Below, piece after piece: positions 1 through 8,962 of a stretch of 64,000 nt of DNA. Position numbers and translations under genes: made by a program. The DNA comes from an uncultured Bacilli bacterium. Lineage in GTDB: Bacteria > Bacillota_I > Bacilli_A > RF39 > UBA660. The stretch covers positions 3,551-67,550 of the forward strand of contig CAKOLO010000004.1 in assembly GCA_934096235.1 (NCBI GenBank). The letters are read 5' to 3'. The notes beneath the pieces are model-generated. The model had not been told where the DNA came from. It ran no database searches and worked only from the letters and a program-made list of their open reading frames with translations. Numbering within the stretch: position 1 is the first letter of the stretch; each line of letters begins with the position of its first letter.

Positions 1-490
1 GAGTTATCTTTATAACATTTTTAGTTTTATTAAAGTTACCATTACCAGTTATATTAATTTTAGATGAATCATTAGAAAGTTCATAATTAATATCTAATAT
101 TTCTTCATCAAGTATATTTAGGTTATATTCGTGTACGTCTTTATTAAAATTAAGATTATATCCTTTAATATCAATATTTAATATTTCGCTTATATCAGTT
201 TTATCTTTATAATTTTTAAATACATTTATTTTAAAGTCTCTGGATTTATTTGAAGTCACTATAAAAGATTCTTCATCTTTATCAAGTGTAAATATTCCAT
301 GTCCACTCACTATTTCATCTTTAGATGAAGTTATTTCTATTTTGATTTGTTCTTTATCTGTAAAATAGTTATATACTTTTATATTGTTATCAAATATTGG
401 AGATAAGTCTTCATTATTAATTTTTATTCTTTCTATAGCATTAATACTTAGTGGTATTAATAGGAGTATACTTAATATTATTTTTTTCAT
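1..490 (-). CDS. Partial CDS (5' end at 490, runs off window start): secreted protein with N-terminal signal peptide MKKIILSILLLIPLSINA
   Basis: Manual translation of minus strand from ATG at 488-490. Hydrophobic signal peptide. No in-frame stop before position 1. Not in ORF track because it is truncated. Confidence 0.45.
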   Translation of the reverse strand, partial: MKKIILSILLLIPLSINAIERIKINNEDLSPIFDNNIKVYNYFTDKEQIKIEITSSKDEIVSGHGIFTLDKDEESFIVTSNKSRDFKINVFKNYKDKTDISEILNIDIKGYNLNFNKDVHEYNLNILDEEILDINYELSNDSSKINITGNGNFNKTKNVIKIT

Positions 491-508
491 ATTAATAGTA
501 TTTACAAT

Positions 509-536
509 ATAAAAAAATAAATTCACTTTGGAATTT
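509..536 (-). terminator. Rho-independent terminator downstream of pdp
   Basis: Stem AAATTC/GAATTT (519-524/531-536) overlaps the pdp stop codon, followed on the minus strand by a T7 run. Confidence 0.45.
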
Positions 537-1812
537 ATTTTATAGTTTTTATTATTATTTTTTTTGGTCTTTTCTTTTTCTTTTCTATTTTGAATGAGTC
601 AGCTAGTAGTTTATCCATATCATCTACTTTTTTATTATAATAAATAGTACCTAGTATATCTCCTTTATATACTTTTTCTCCTAGTGTTTTATTTAGTATA
701 ACACCTACACTATAATCTATTTTATCAGTCTTTTTATGTCTTCCAGCACCTAAGTCAAATACTAGCCCTGATAGTTTTAATGAATCTATATTATTAATAT
801 ATCCTTCTTTTTCAGAAACTACTATGAATTTTTTAGCCTTGCCTTTTAGTTTCTTTATATCTCCACCTTGAGCTTTAATCCATTCATAGAATTTATTTTT
901 AGCATGTCCACTTTCAAGTAAGTTAATTACTAATTTCTTAGCTTTAGCTTGGCTTATTCCTTTAGCACTACTTATCATTAGACTGGAAATATAAACTGAT
1001 AATTCGTATAGTCTTTTATCATAAATTCCATTAAAGAAGTCTATTGCTTCTTTTACTTCAAGAGCATTACCTATATTTCTTCCGAGTGGAATATTCATAT
1101 CACTTAGTGTACATATTACTTTTTTATTATAGTACTCTCCGATTTTAACCATTGTTTTAGCAAGTGAAGTAGCACTTTTTATATTCTTCATAAATGCACC
1201 TTTGCCTACTTTAAGGTCTATTACTATTACATCGCTTCCACTAGCTATTTTCTTTGACATTATTGAACTTGCAATAAGTGGTATTGAGTCTACTGCTCCT
1301 ATTTCATTTCTAAGAGCATATATTTTTTTATCAGCAACTGCAATTTTTTCACTTTGACTTATTACTGCACAACCAACAGTATCTAACATACGCAAAAAAT
1401 CTTTTTTACTTAGTTTTAATTTATATCCAGTAATACTTTCTAATTTATCAACTGTACCACCTGTAAGGCCTAGACCTCTTCCACTCATTTTAGGAACAGC
1501 TACTCCAGCACAAGCAACTATTGGAGAAACTATTAATGTAATTTTATCTCCTACTCCACCAGTTGAATGTTTATCTACTACTTTTTTATCTAAAGATGAT
1601 AAATCAATTATTTCACCACTTTTAATCATTACATCAGTAAGATAATATGTTTCATCCATAGAAAGTCCATTATGATAAATAGCCCATACGAATCCACTCA
1701 TAGTTTCATCATTAATTCTTCCTTTTACATAGCTATTTACCATATATTCTATTTCTTTATATTCTAGTTTTTGTTTATTATTAACTTTTTCTGTAATTTC
1801 AACTGCTTTCAT
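535..1812 (-). CDS. pdp: Pyrimidine-nucleoside (thymidine) phosphorylase
   Basis: 425 aa. HSTGGVGDK phosphate-binding motif and full-length similarity to the Pdp/DeoA family. Confidence 0.9.
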   Translation of the reverse strand: MKAVEITEKVNNKQKLEYKEIEYMVNSYVKGRINDETMSGFVWAIYHNGLSMDETYYLTDVMIKSGEIIDLSSLDKKVVDKHSTGGVGDKITLIVSPIVACAGVAVPKMSGRGLGLTGGTVDKLESITGYKLKLSKKDFLRMLDTVGCAVISQSEKIAVADKKIYALRNEIGAVDSIPLIASSIMSKKIASGSDVIVIDLKVGKGAFMKNIKSATSLAKTMVKIGEYYNKKVICTLSDMNIPLGRNIGNALEVKEAIDFFNGIYDKRLYELSVYISSLMISSAKGISQAKAKKLVINLLESGHAKNKFYEWIKAQGGDIKKLKGKAKKFIVVSEKEGYINNIDSLKLSGLVFDLGAGRHKKTDKIDYSVGVILNKTLGEKVYKGDILGTIYYNKKVDDMDKLLADSFKIEKKKKRPKKIIIKTIK

Positions 1813-1869
1813 AATTCACCTATCCTATAGTGTATTATACTATAAAATGTACTTTTTTTGAAGATTAAT

Positions 1870-1908
1870 TCAAAATAAAAAACACAAATTATGTGTTTTA
1901 TTTTTTCT
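1870..1908. terminator. Bidirectional hairpin terminator (AAAACACA aatta TGTGTTTT) with T-runs on both sides
   Basis: 8-bp stem overlapping the stop of the 1898..2419 gene. T6 follows on the plus strand and a T-rich tract on the minus strand. Confidence 0.5.
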
Positions 1909-2419
1909 TCTTAGTTGATTTTCCTTTACCTATTCCTATTCCTTTAAATAAAGTCCCACCAATACCATTTTCAAGTACTCCTTTTACAGTACCTCTTGTA
2001 TCAAAACCTAAAACATCATCTACCTTGTCAAATGTTTCTTTTACTTTATCAAAACTACGATCAGTTAATGTTTTATGAGTAATAGCGTCAGTTATTTTAG
2101 TTACGAATTTCATTGCTTCGAATGTTCCTGAAAATTCTAAAGTAATATTAGATTTAACTGCCTGTATTGTTACTTTATTTCCTTTTTGATTTACTTGTGT
2201 CTTATTATTAAATGTTTTTATATCTTTTAAATCTATTTCGTCAAATAATCTTTTTTCTTCTTTTTTATTTAATAATCCAGATGTTTTTGTTATTTCTTCT
2301 AATATTATTCTTTTTGATGTTAAAGTTAAATCAATGCTATTTTTTAGTTCTAGTGATGAACCAGATAATCTTGCTTCATATAATATTACTTCATCTTCTT
2401 TGATTTCAAAATTACTCAT
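1898..2419 (-). CDS. Hypothetical protein, possibly bacterial PH-domain-like (DUF304-like), Lys-rich C-terminal tail
   Basis: 173 aa ORF. Contains an LTSKRIILEE-type segment reminiscent of bPH domains. No confident family assignment. Confidence 0.35.
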   Translation of the reverse strand: MSNFEIKEDEVILYEARLSGSSLELKNSIDLTLTSKRIILEEITKTSGLLNKKEEKRLFDEIDLKDIKTFNNKTQVNQKGNKVTIQAVKSNITLEFSGTFEAMKFVTKITDAITHKTLTDRSFDKVKETFDKVDDVLGFDTRGTVKGVLENGIGGTLFKGIGIGKGKSTKKKK

Positions 2420-2545
2420 TAGTACTCAAACTCCTTAAAACTCATTTCTTATATCATTGTACCATAATTATTATATTATTGGCACATTAATATTCATAAT
2501 AGAATTTGTAATTTTCGCGAACTATTTTATATTTAGTTTTAACTC

Positions 2546-2573
2546 AATTGGTGCGACAGTGTCGCACTTTTTT
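2546..2573 (+). repeat. GC-rich hairpin repeat copy 1: AATTG GTGCGAC-AGT-GTCGCAC TTTTTT
   Basis: Perfect 7-bp stem with AGT loop, followed by T6. Shares the AATTG 5' flank with copies 2 and 3. Confidence 0.55.
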
Positions 2574-2677
2574 ATTCGCTTTTAATTTATGTTAAATATG
2601 ATATGCTAAATAATTTCTTATTGTCTCTAATGCTGGCATTATTTAACAAAAATTATAGTTTAAAATATTATTTTACC

Positions 2678-2707
2678 AATTGTGTCCACAGTGTGGACAC
2701 TTTTTGT
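2678..2707 (+). repeat. GC-rich hairpin repeat copy 2: AATTGT GTGTCCAC-AGT-GTGGACAC TTTTT
   Basis: Perfect 8-bp stem with AGT loop, followed by T5. Minus-strand translation KVSTLWTQLV resembles the DUF1016 N-terminal motif, so it may be a pseudogene fragment. Confidence 0.55.
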
Positions 2708-2820
2708 TCGTGTTTAACCAATAATAAATTATTTTGTTTAACTCTATCATCTGTTTTCATTCTAGTGAGTAATTTTTTATTTAAATTGATATATTACTTA
2801 TTTATATAATATTGTTATTT

Positions 2821-3711
2821 TTATATTAACTTATATTCTCTAACAATAATTCTATCATCCGAACAATATTCTATTATGAACTTATTCTCTTTCTTACAGA
2901 TTATAATTCCAATTGTATCATTATTATAATTATCTTTAATATTTTTATCTATATAATTCATATATTTTTGTACTTGAGATATGTATTCAGCTTTAAATTC
3001 AGTCACTTTAAGTTCTACTACTACATAAGCATTATATTTAATGTTAAAAAGCAATAAATCTATCTTATGACAAGCATCACCTATTTTAATTTTATATTCG
3101 CTTCCAATGAAACTGAAATTATTTCCAAGTTCTTTCATAAATGATTCAATGTCCTCTAAAATCAAATCATGAAGTGCTCGTTCTGTTACTATTTCTTTAT
3201 TCTTATTATTTTTTATTAATATTGGATTAGGTACTAAATCTTTTATTTCAATCTCATTATTAAGTATTAGCTTATTTTTAGTTTCAGTGGGTAATCTTTC
3301 ATATTCTTCATTTTTGATTTTTTCCCTTAATTCTCTTTTTGATAAATTTCTTTCAGAAGCAATGTTAATATAATATAACAATTTATTTTCATCTTTAATA
3401 GATAATAATTCAGAATAATGACTCCATGTTAATTGTGTCGCCAGTGGCGACACTTTTTCATCACTAAACATATTATAGAATTGTTTCATTCTAAATAAAG
3501 TTCTTCTATTATATTTTTTACCAACTTCAACAACTAACTTTTTGGAGTATTCGTCGATAATATTATCTCCATATTTACCACCGGCTTCATTTAATAATCT
3601 GCCTATTTCAAAATATGTATTAACAGTATTTCTTTCTTTTGAATAATCTTTAACTCTTTTATATATTTCGTTATTTATTAGTTTACTTTTAATTTCCTCA
3701 TAATAATTCAT
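2821..3711 (-). CDS. DUF1016/YhcG-family PD-(D/E)XK nuclease
   Basis: 296 aa. Has the N-terminal YhcG-type motif (PLATQLTWSHY) and a C-terminal ELK PD-(D/E)XK core (VVVELKVTEFKAEY). Confidence 0.75.
   Translation of the reverse strand: MNYYEEIKSKLINNEIYKRVKDYSKERNTVNTYFEIGRLLNEAGGKYGDNIIDEYSKKLVVEVGKKYNRRTLFRMKQFYNMFSDEKVSPLATQLTWSHYSELLSIKDENKLLYYINIASERNLSKRELREKIKNEEYERLPTETKNKLILNNEIEIKDLVPNPILIKNNKNKEIVTERALHDLILEDIESFMKELGNNFSFIGSEYKIKIGDACHKIDLLLFNIKYNAYVVVELKVTEFKAEYISQVQKYMNYIDKNIKDNYNNDTIGIIICKKENKFIIEYCSDDRIIVREYKLI
3431..3458 (+). repeat. GC-rich hairpin repeat copy 3, embedded in the DUF1016 CDS: AATTGT GTGTCGCC-AGT-GGCGACAC TTTTT
   Basis: Perfect 8-bp stem with AGT loop. On the minus strand it encodes VSPLATQL of the nuclease. 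Confidence 0.55.
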
Positions 3712-3782
3712 ATTTATTTTTTGTTAAAATTTAGAAATATAATAGTCAAATATTGTTTAGTAATTAAGTAATAAAAGCAGAA

Positions 3783-4109
3783 TTAATCTGCTTTTCTACT
3801 ACTTAAGAATGATACTTTTTCTGCGACTACTTCCATACTATATTTCTTTTCATTTTCTTTTTCATAAGTGTTCACTTGAATACGACCTTTTATTCCAACA
3901 ATATCACCTTTTTTACAATATTCGCAAGTTGTTTCTGCGATTCCTGCCCATAGAACACATCTAATAAAGTCTGTATCATAATTACCATCCATATTTTTAT
4001 ATGCTCTTGGAACGGCTACTGTTATGATAGTCATTTTCTTATTATTTTCTGTTGTAGATATCTCTGGGTCAGCTACTAAACGACCTGCTAAGACTACTTG
4101 ATTTAACAT
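3783..4109 (-). CDS. ssb: Single-stranded DNA-binding protein, short form lacking the acidic C-terminal tail (SsbB-like)
   Basis: OB-fold SSB signature (LAGRL...VAVPR, W/F residues). Internal ATG preceded by SD AGGAGGA. Ends ...SRKAD with no DDDIPF tail. Confidence 0.75.
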   Translation of the reverse strand: MLNQVVLAGRLVADPEISTTENNKKMTIITVAVPRAYKNMDGNYDTDFIRCVLWAGIAETTCEYCKKGDIVGIKGRIQVNTYEKENEKKYSMEVVAEKVSFLSSRKAD

Positions 4110-4256
4110 ATTTCCTCCTTTCGTAAGAGGAATATAACATAATAGAAATTTAATAACAAATTGGTAAAATTCAATAATCAAGTAGTAATTTTATAGTAAA
4201 ATTTTATTTTCTCTTAGAGATAATTCCATTATCAATATAGTTTTTTCTAGTAAAAT

Positions 4257-5444
4257 TTAAAAATTAGCAAATTTTAAAATTTCTTGCTTTTTCTTTAAAG
4301 CATCTATTAAAATATCTATTTCTTCATATGTATTATAAAAATATAAACTTATTCTTACAGTATCTTCTTTATTATCACCCATTTTAGCACAGTGTTTTCC
4401 ACTTCTAACACATATACCTTTAGTATTCAAATAAAGACCTAAGTCTCCTGATAAAACTCCATCTATATTTATAATAACAGTACTTCCTTCATTATACTTA
4501 TTATATATTTTTATATATGGTATTTTCTCTAATTCTTGTATTAAGTATTTTCTTAAATATTTTTCTTTTCTTTCTATTTCTGTCATCCCTATTTCAGTTA
4601 AGAACTTTATTGATTCAGAGAATCCTATAATATTTGCTATATTAGGAGTGCCTGCTTCAAAACGATATGGTATTTCTACTAGTTCTAGATGATCTTCATT
4701 ATAGTTTTCATTCATACCACCACCAAAAGTATATGGTATCATTTTCTTTAGAAGTTCATACTTTCCATAAAGTACTCCTACACCAGTTGGTCCACACATC
4801 TTATGAGCACTAAATGCTATGAAATCTACACCAGTATCTTGAACATCTATTTTAATATGAGGTGCACTTTGAGCAGCATCTACTACTACTAAGATTCCAT
4901 ACTTATGAGCAAGCTTGCATATTTCTTTTATATTTCTTTTATCTCCACTAACATTTGTTATCTCTGCGATAGATATTAATTTAGTTTTAGATGTAATCTT
5001 TTCTTTTAAATCATTTATATCTAGTTTTTCATCTTTAGAGTCTACAAATACTACTTTAATATTCTTTTTAGCAGATAATATTAGCCAAGGAAGTATATTA
5101 GATGCATGTTCACTACTAGATAGTATTACTTCGTCATTTTCATTTAAATAATTCATAAAGAAACCAAAAGCAACTAAATTTAATGATTCAGTTGTATTCT
5201 TTGTAAATATTATTTCATCTTTACGTTTAGCATTTATAAACATTTTTACTAAATCTCTTGTATAATCTATTTCATCATCAACTTTAAAACTTATATCATA
5301 GTCTCCTCTGTGTGAATTAGCATTGTAATTATAGTAATATTCATTCATTTTATCTATTACTCTATATGGTTTAAATGTAGTTGCTGCTGAGTCAAAATAT
5401 ACTATGTTTTTATCTTTCATTGGAAAATCATTTTTATCTTTCAT
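4257..5444 (-). CDS. Cysteine desulfurase / class V aminotransferase (SufS/CsdA-like)
   Basis: FDSAATT N-terminus and SAHK-MCGPTGVG PLP-lysine region. Start chosen at the ATG preceded by GGTGGT. A 14-nt direct duplication (ATGAAAGATAAAAA) sits at the 5' end. Confidence 0.8.
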   Translation of the reverse strand: MKDKNDFPMKDKNIVYFDSAATTFKPYRVIDKMNEYYYNYNANSHRGDYDISFKVDDEIDYTRDLVKMFINAKRKDEIIFTKNTTESLNLVAFGFFMNYLNENDEVILSSSEHASNILPWLILSAKKNIKVVFVDSKDEKLDINDLKEKITSKTKLISIAEITNVSGDKRNIKEICKLAHKYGILVVVDAAQSAPHIKIDVQDTGVDFIAFSAHKMCGPTGVGVLYGKYELLKKMIPYTFGGGMNENYNEDHLELVEIPYRFEAGTPNIANIIGFSESIKFLTEIGMTEIERKEKYLRKYLIQELEKIPYIKIYNKYNEGSTVIINIDGVLSGDLGLYLNTKGICVRSGKHCAKMGDNKEDTVRISLYFYNTYEEIDILIDALKKKQEILKFANF

Positions 5445-5549
5445 ACTACCACCTATAAATAGTTTACTCATTTAGTATATACTTGAACATAATAAATATA
5501 ATAATTGAAGTTATTTTGTTTTTAATATATAATAATATTGGTGAAGAAA

Positions 5550-5915
5550 ATGGAATGTATATTTTGTAAAATAATTAATGGAGATATTCCTTCATATACT
5601 TTGTATGAAAATGATTATGTTAAATGTTTTTTGGATGTAAATCCTATTAGTAAGGGTCATACACTAATAGTACCAAAGAAACATTTTAAAGATGCTTATG
5701 ATATTGATGATAAGTATATTACTGAAGTACATAAAGCTAGTAAAAAGATACTTGAACTACTTGATTCTAAGTTTAAACCTAATGGATATAGATTGGTTCA
5801 AAATAATGGTAATCTTCAAGATGTTAAGCATTATCACTTACATATTATACCTAATTATATAGGTTCTAAAGAAAGTATTGAAGTTAAGGATGTATTTGAG
5901 ATTTTAACTAAATAA
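5550..5915 (+). CDS. HIT-family (histidine triad) nucleotide hydrolase
   Basis: HYHLHIIP histidine triad. The ATG at 5550 is preferred over the TTG at 5538. Confidence 0.85.
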   Translation: MECIFCKIINGDIPSYTLYENDYVKCFLDVNPISKGHTLIVPKKHFKDAYDIDDKYITEVHKASKKILELLDSKFKPNGYRLVQNNGNLQDVKHYHLHIIPNYIGSKESIEVKDVFEILTK

Positions 5916-5976
5916 TAATTGTTAAAATCTTTTTTATATTGTATAATTAATTTATGAAAAAAGGATGTGTGTGTGA

Positions 5977-7107
5977 ATGTTAGAATCAATGAATAAGAAG
6001 ACACTTATTATAATAGGTTCTTCGATTATAGGATTAATAGTTTGTTTACTTATTGTAGTATGGTTAATATCAATTATTAAGCCTCATTATTATAGTTATG
6101 AAGACTTTGAAGTTAAGGTAACTGAGGCTACTAAAAATTATTATAAAGATAACCCTACTCAATTACCTGCGAGTGATGGAGAATATAATATGGCTTATAG
6201 TACTTTAGTTGATAATGAGTACATTAAGCCTCTTAATGAAATGCTTAAAGATGGAGATAATTGTAGTGTTCAAATACTAGTTACTAAATATAATGATAAT
6301 TATTCTTATATACCATATTTAACTTGTCCAGGTAGTTATGAAACTAAGGAATTATATAAAGTTGTTCTTGAACAAAATCCTGTTGTTTTAGATGGTACTG
6401 GCCTTTATAGTGATGGTAATAGTGGTTATTACTTTAGAGGAGATGTAACTAATAACTATGTTCAAATTGGTGAATATGGAGAAGAAAAAAGACAGCAACC
6501 ATATTTATGGCAAATAATGGGTGTTGAAAGTGATGGAACAATTAAAATAATAAGTGCTCATACAACAAGTGAAAGATATACTTGGGATGATAGATATAAT
6601 GAAAAAGAAGAATCATTTGATGGATACAATGATTTTGAAAAAAGTAGAATTAAAGATACATTAATTAGTCTTGCTGGTAATGATGAGATACTTCCTGAAG
6701 AATTTAGAAATAAACTTGTAGCTAAAGAATTATGTATTGGTAAAAGAAAAGTAAATGATACTTCTAAAGATGGAAGTGTTGAATGTGCTACTAAGACTGA
6801 AACTAAATATTTATTTGGATTAATTACTCCTTATGAATTTTTAAGAGCCAGTTTAGATAGTAATTGTAAAGTTGCTGAAAGTCTATCATGTTTAAATTAT
6901 AATTATTTATCTGGATATACAACTAATAGTTGGTCTATTACTTCTAATGCTAATAACACTAATAAAACATTTAGTTTTGGTGGTGGAGTTATGGATTCGT
7001 TTAAATCTGATAGAGATAAGAAATTATATGTAACTGCATATATAAATAAAAGAGCATTCTTTAAATCTGGTACTGGTACTTCTGATGATCCATATATCAT
7101 TAGATAA
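5977..7107 (+). CDS. Membrane-anchored protein with pseudopilin-like globular motif (paralog of 56324..58027), no prepilin leader
   Basis: N-terminal TM helix, then EATKNYYKDNPTQLPASDGE...STLVDNEYIKP, which resembles the GspG/pilin alpha-beta core. Ends with GTGTSDDPYII. Confidence 0.45.
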   Translation: MLESMNKKTLIIIGSSIIGLIVCLLIVVWLISIIKPHYYSYEDFEVKVTEATKNYYKDNPTQLPASDGEYNMAYSTLVDNEYIKPLNEMLKDGDNCSVQILVTKYNDNYSYIPYLTCPGSYETKELYKVVLEQNPVVLDGTGLYSDGNSGYYFRGDVTNNYVQIGEYGEEKRQQPYLWQIMGVESDGTIKIISAHTTSERYTWDDRYNEKEESFDGYNDFEKSRIKDTLISLAGNDEILPEEFRNKLVAKELCIGKRKVNDTSKDGSVECATKTETKYLFGLITPYEFLRASLDSNCKVAESLSCLNYNYLSGYTTNSWSITSNANNTNKTFSFGGGVMDSFKSDRDKKLYVTAYINKRAFFKSGTGTSDDPYIIR

Positions 7108-7123
7108 TAAATTAAGACATTAT

Positions 7124-7156
7124 AAAAACACTATTTATTTAAATAGTGTTTTGTTT
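7124..7156. terminator. Bidirectional 12-bp hairpin (AAACACTATTTA/TAAATAGTGTTT) between convergent genes
   Basis: Perfect inverted repeat overlapping the HerA-like gene stop. T-rich on both sides. Confidence 0.45.
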
Positions 7157-8956
7157 TGCTTGAATAACGTTTTGTCTTTCTTGTTCTAACATAGTTGATT
7201 GTTTAAACCATTCTGTACCAATATGTGCATTATTTGAGTCTGGTGTAGGATCTGGTTTATCTATTTTAACAAATACAGGTATTGAGAATGCATTTCCGAA
7301 ACATAAGGCTACGCCTGGACGTAGAGCTTTTAGCTTTTCTATATCTTCTTCTGCAATACTATGAGTCATGCTTTTAATTATTTTTAAATCATCTGGATGG
7401 AACATACGAAGTACTATATAATTAGAACATTGACTAAGAGCGGTATTTGATAGTTCACTTGGTCTTTGTGTAATAAGTCCTAAAACTATACCATATTTTC
7501 TACCCTCTTTTGTTATTCTATCAAATATATTATATCCAATATTGGCTACATCATTATCATTTTGAACATATCTATGAGCTTCTTCTAGAATTATTTGTAA
7601 TGGGAAGCCACCACGAGATTCCAGCGAGATAGCATAATTTAAGAATAGTTTTGAATATATTTTAGTTAGTGTTTTAGCAAATCTTTCTTCTACATAGTTT
7701 AAGTTAAAGTTTACTATTTGAGCTTTTTCACCAGTGTTTACAGTGAATAAATCCCTTATATAAGTTTCTTTTGGTATATATTCATTTACTTCAAAGTATT
7801 TACCATAGTCTCCATTTATGATAGAATCAAGTCTTACTTTTAATATATTATTTATATCATAAACTTTATCGCTTTTTAATACGCCTTCACTGATAAGAGC
7901 AAATTCAAATGCATTATATAAATCTTTTAAATTATATTTTTGTGGTCTCATACTGTTATCAAGTTTAAGTTCCGCATCAGTAAATTTCTCTAAGTATTCT
8001 ATAACTAATTGGATACTATTTATTTTACCAGTTTGATCTACATTTAAACATTGTCTTAATGTTCTTATATATCCTGGTTGTACTATTTGACTTTCTAAGT
8101 TTATATCTTTTGTATGAAATGCTGATAATACGGCGACTACTTGATCTCTTACTTGGGTTGATTCTTTACCACCTGTTAGTATGTCTATTATTGCTTTTGC
8201 GATTATATTGTTTTTATGTGTTATTACTTTATCTTCATCTTCAGTAAATAGATATACTAGTTTTAATGCTTTTTCTATGATTGGTATTTGAGCTGGTGTA
8301 TCTACATTTAATAGAAGTGCTAAGTCATCTGCTTCTAAGTAATATGGTGGTATTTTTATTATTTCTGCTTTTAATTTATCTTTTACATTAGTTGTAATAT
8401 GTTTGCATCTACAATATTTAGTTTGATTTATTCTATCAAGTGCTGGTTTGTATTCACCATATACATCAAAAAGTACTATATTTGAATTTATTGGTACATA
8501 TTTTTGTCTATAATAAAGATTTTGAAATAATCTTGCGACACTGCAACTTTTACCACTACCAGTGTTACCAATTATTGCAAAGTGATTTGAAAAAAAGTTA
8601 TCTATATTCGCAGAAACATTAAATCCATCATAAATAAGTGATTTACCAATATATAGATCAGTTGGAGTATCTACATCTTGATTACCTACTAGAGAAACTA
8701 CTTCACTAGAATTGATTATTCTTACTTTTGAATCATGACTAGGTTTATGTACAATACCACTATTAAATACATTATTAATAAATTCCCCTACCATAATACA
8801 TTCTATTACATCTCTAGTAATAGAAGTAATTTCAGCTACTATTTTATATTTATTTTCAAATACTATGTGTACTCCTACTAAAGTAGTTTCTACTTTCTTA
8901 GATAAATTTTCTAATTTTATGGTTTGATCACTTACTGATATAACATTTCCAAACAT
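7139..8956 (-). CDS. HerA-family (DUF87) ATPase / bipolar helicase-like
   Basis: N-terminal HAS-barrel-like region, Walker A GNTGSGKS, Walker B ILEEAHRY and arginine-finger motif ITQRPSEL. Confidence 0.75.
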   Translation of the reverse strand: MFGNVISVSDQTIKLENLSKKVETTLVGVHIVFENKYKIVAEITSITRDVIECIMVGEFINNVFNSGIVHKPSHDSKVRIINSSEVVSLVGNQDVDTPTDLYIGKSLIYDGFNVSANIDNFFSNHFAIIGNTGSGKSCSVARLFQNLYYRQKYVPINSNIVLFDVYGEYKPALDRINQTKYCRCKHITTNVKDKLKAEIIKIPPYYLEADDLALLLNVDTPAQIPIIEKALKLVYLFTEDEDKVITHKNNIIAKAIIDILTGGKESTQVRDQVVAVLSAFHTKDINLESQIVQPGYIRTLRQCLNVDQTGKINSIQLVIEYLEKFTDAELKLDNSMRPQKYNLKDLYNAFEFALISEGVLKSDKVYDINNILKVRLDSIINGDYGKYFEVNEYIPKETYIRDLFTVNTGEKAQIVNFNLNYVEERFAKTLTKIYSKLFLNYAISLESRGGFPLQIILEEAHRYVQNDNDVANIGYNIFDRITKEGRKYGIVLGLITQRPSELSNTALSQCSNYIVLRMFHPDDLKIIKSMTHSIAEEDIEKLKALRPGVALCFGNAFSIPVFVKIDKPDPTPDSNNAHIGTEWFKQSTMLEQERQNVIQAKQNTI

Positions 8957-8962
8957 ATTAAA

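Noticed and set aside
2546-3458. Interpretation of the GC-rich palindromes as restriction-modification sites or dif/Xer sites.
   Set aside because: There are three different stem sequences sharing only structure and flanks. No adjacent methyltransferase or recombinase is present. The structural-repeat explanation is better supported.
5977-7107. Classifying the two pilin-like paralogs as bona fide type IV pilins.
   Set aside because: There is no prepilin peptidase cleavage motif (G/A-F-T-L-x-E) and the hydrophobic segment is a plain TM anchor. Only the globular-domain motif resembles pilins.
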